The position numbers and the translations under genes are program-made. This document shows positions 25,759 to 28,101 of a stretch of DNA of 28,101 bases, in pieces. Under the pieces are notes generated by a model that was not told the origin of the DNA, did no database searches, and saw nothing but the letters and a program-made list of their open reading frames with translations. The DNA comes from a virus (lineage: Duplodnaviria; Caudoviricetes). How positions within the stretch are numbered: the stretch's first letter is position 1; every line of letters starts with the position of its first letter. The DNA lies in the IMG/VR virus record IMGVR_UViG_3300014656_000103, positions 1 through 28,101 of that record, one strand, 5' to 3'.

Positions 25759-28101
25759 GTGGAAGATAAACTCATAGGAATGGACACAGAAAACGCAGAA
25801 GATGGTTCTCTAGGACAATGGAGTATAGCCTTTAGGGACTCAGCTGGAAAGCTATGCGTATGGGCAAACTCTGGGACAAACGCTAAACAAGAACTAACCC
25901 AAGTGTTTAAGAAGACCACGCCAGTTTTTCATAATTACAAGTGGGATGCTAGGGTGCTCAAGAGGAATCGTATGCCTTTACCTCAACGGTTCCACGATAG
26001 TTTTATCGCAGCTTATTGTTTAGGTCTTGGTAGGCAAGCACCAAAAGATAATAGTAAGGCGAGGTCAGGTTCTGATATGGTCGGCGGACTAGGATTAAAG
26101 TACCTAGCACGTAGACACCTTGGTATAGAAATGAAGACTTGGCAAGATGTTAAGAAAGACTCAAGCATCATTCCTGAGTATAATGCTATGGACAGCGTGG
26201 CAACCTATCTGTTGTTCGAGAAGTGGAAGCCTCAGCTACCAGAGCATTACTACACGATTGACATGCCCCTGCTGCCCGTGTTGATGGCTATGGAAGATAG
26301 AGGTATCTTGATTGACCCAGATTATCTTGACCAATTTGCTGGGCAATTAGACGAACAATTAAAGGTATTTGAGCTGCCCATCAATCCGTTCTCGCCTCAG
26401 CAACTACAGAGCTACATCTATGGAACCCTTGAGGTTGAACCTTGGAAGTTCACCAGCACAGGGATGCCCTCTACTGATGCCGATGTCTTGGAGGCAATAG
26501 ACGACCCAACGATACAGGATATACTAAAATATCGAGAGCTATTCAAGGAGAAAGGAACTTATACTGATAACTACGTTCTTGGTGCAAGGGCAGACGGCAG
26601 AATCCACCCAGAGTTCAAGCAGACATCTACCTCAACGGGCAGGCTTTCTTGTGTACCTCTAAACAGCGAAATCTTGACTAGAGAAGGGTGGAAAAGCTGG
26701 AATGAAGCAACTGTTGGAGAAGAGGTTTTGGGTTATGATATTCCAACTAAGTCACTAAAGTGGACTACCCTTTTAAATATTGTCAGAACTAGAGATAAGT
26801 TGGGGCAAATTCATATACGAGGTAGAGGGCTTCGATGTACTCCCACACATTCTTGGGTAGGTACATCTTCTGCTGTACATGGTTTGTATGAGTCCCAAAG
26901 TATGCAGAAAGGAAACAAACATCAGATTGCTACTACTTTCTGTTCTCGTGGGGGGTTTGGTTCCAGCCAAACAACTCCTACTGAGGCAGGAATAATCGGA
27001 TGGGCAATAACAGATGGACATGTAATTAAGTTAGCTCACGGGTACAGCTGCGAAATTCAGCTAGTCAAACAGACAAGCGTGAAAGCCCTTGAGGAATTGC
27101 TAACCTTAGTGCCTCATAGCAGAGGGAGTTATGGTAGAGGTTCTCAAGAAGCTTGGAGACACCGTTTTTATATTCCAAGAGATACCTTTACTCCAATGTG
27201 GGAAAGGGCTAAGGATAATTTGACGCAGTATGCTTTGTCTTTATCTGAAGATGCCCAAGAAACTATGTTTGCAGCAATGATGGAAGCTGATGGCAGCCCA
27301 AGAAAAAGAACACCTATGTTTGGGGCACAAAAGAAGGATGTATTAGATGTATTTACTGCCTTGTGTGCTACATTAGGTAAGTGGGTTTGTATGACTCCTC
27401 GTAAAGGTAAGGATTTTATTGATGTTGTTGTCTCCAACAAACCTATTGTAAATCCACGCTATTTCCATTTTGAATCTTTAGGCACAGAGGAAGATGTTTG
27501 GTGCCCGACAACAGGTTTAGGGACTTGGGTAATGCGACAGGATGGTAGGGTTGTAATTACAGGGAATTGTGCTAACCCGAACTTGCAGAATGTGCCCAAA
27601 GAAGGCGCAATGCGAAAGTTGTTCATTGCCCCTGAAGGGAAGAGCCTTGTTGTGCTGGACTACAAGCAGCTAGAATTCATAGTTCTAGCCGCTGTAACGC
27701 AAGACGAGACAATCTTGAAGATGCTTGCCCAAGGCTATGACTTCCACACGATGACGGAAAAGCTCACGGGCAGGAAAAGGTCTATTGTTAAACCAGCGAA
27801 CTTTGCTACTATCTATGGTGGTAAGGAGTGGGTAATCTCCAAAGAGCTAGGCATTACCATTTCAGAGGCTAAGGAACTGCAATCAGCTATCTTTACTAAG
27901 ATGCCCGGGATAAAGCGTTACATCGACCAACAGAGGGAGATTTCTAGGGCAGAAAAGAAAGTAACTAACTACTTCGGCAGGACTCGTCGGCTTGATGCTA
28001 TGTACGCCCTCGACTGGAGGATAAGGCAAGACGGTGAGAAAGAGGGTATCAACACGCCTATTCAAGGGGCAGCAGCAGAGATTGTCAAGCTAGCGATGAT
28101 A
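25759..28101 (+). CDS. polA: DNA polymerase family A with 3'-5' exonuclease and intein (runs off the window)
   Basis: GTG start after GAGGGG; ExoI MDTE, ExoII FHNYKWD, ExoIII YNAMD, TGRLS|..NPNLQN, motif A LDYKQLE, motif B R-x-x-x-KPANF-x-x-x-YG, NTPIQG. Absent from the ORF track because it has no stop in the window. Confidence 0.95.
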   Translation, partial: MEDKLIGMDTENAEDGSLGQWSIAFRDSAGKLCVWANSGTNAKQELTQVFKKTTPVFHNYKWDARVLKRNRMPLPQRFHDSFIAAYCLGLGRQAPKDNSKARSGSDMVGGLGLKYLARRHLGIEMKTWQDVKKDSSIIPEYNAMDSVATYLLFEKWKPQLPEHYYTIDMPLLPVLMAMEDRGILIDPDYLDQFAGQLDEQLKVFELPINPFSPQQLQSYIYGTLEVEPWKFTSTGMPSTDADVLEAIDDPTIQDILKYRELFKEKGTYTDNYVLGARADGRIHPEFKQTSTSTGRLSCVPLNSEILTREGWKSWNEATVGEEVLGYDIPTKSLKWTTLLNIVRTRDKLGQIHIRGRGLRCTPTHSWVGTSSAVHGLYESQSMQKGNKHQIATTFCSRGGFGSSQTTPTEAGIIGWAITDGHVIKLAHGYSCEIQLVKQTSVKALEELLTLVPHSRGSYGRGSQEAWRHRFYIPRDTFTPMWERAKDNLTQYALSLSEDAQETMFAAMMEADGSPRKRTPMFGAQKKDVLDVFTALCATLGKWVCMTPRKGKDFIDVVVSNKPIVNPRYFHFESLGTEEDVWCPTTGLGTWVMRQDGRVVITGNCANPNLQNVPKEGAMRKLFIAPEGKSLVVLDYKQLEFIVLAAVTQDETILKMLAQGYDFHTMTEKLTGRKRSIVKPANFATIYGGKEWVISKELGITISEAKELQSAIFTKMPGIKRYIDQQREISRAEKKVTNYFGRTRRLDAMYALDWRIRQDGEKEGINTPIQGAAAEIVKLAMI
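26650..27567 (+). mobile_element. Intein (306 aa) with LAGLIDADG-type endonuclease in polA
   Basis: TGRLS|CVPLNSEILTREGW...CTPTHSW (block B TxxH)...IIGWAITDG...MMEADG...VWCPTT...ITGN|CANPNLQN. Confidence 0.93.

Noticed and set aside
11007-28065. Minus-strand ORFs in the right arm (e.g. 12589-12909, 22429-22908, 27168-27440)
   Set aside because: They are antisense shadows of plus-strand genes, including the unlisted polA.

Overview
This 28.1 kb window looks like part of a bacterial dsDNA tailed phage genome, probably a podovirus-type. It has two divergent arms separated by about 800 bp of non-coding control sequence (9067-9868). The left arm (- strand) is late/virion: a holin-like protein, a papain/transglutaminase-like Cys protease, a putative TerS, tail/virion proteins, TerL, portal, an HNH nuclease and two large internal/ejection-type proteins. 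The right arm (+ strand) is early/replication and is driven by several near-consensus sigma70 promoters. The main find is a compact four-gene phage operon (11614-15123) resembling a complete ubiquitin-like conjugation system: a small beta-grasp-like protein ending in DKAA, a multi-SH3/coiled-coil E2-like protein, a ThiF/E1 enzyme that appears to have Tyr in place of the usual catalytic Cys, and a JAMM/JAB peptidase. Two DNA-metabolism genes appear split into separate ORFs. A Cas4-like nuclease is split by an HNH gene, and each half carries a CxxC at the break. A family-4 uracil-DNA glycosylase has its HP motif 1.5 kb downstream, in frame with an intein-containing PolA. All calls come from reading motifs by eye; no searches were run.
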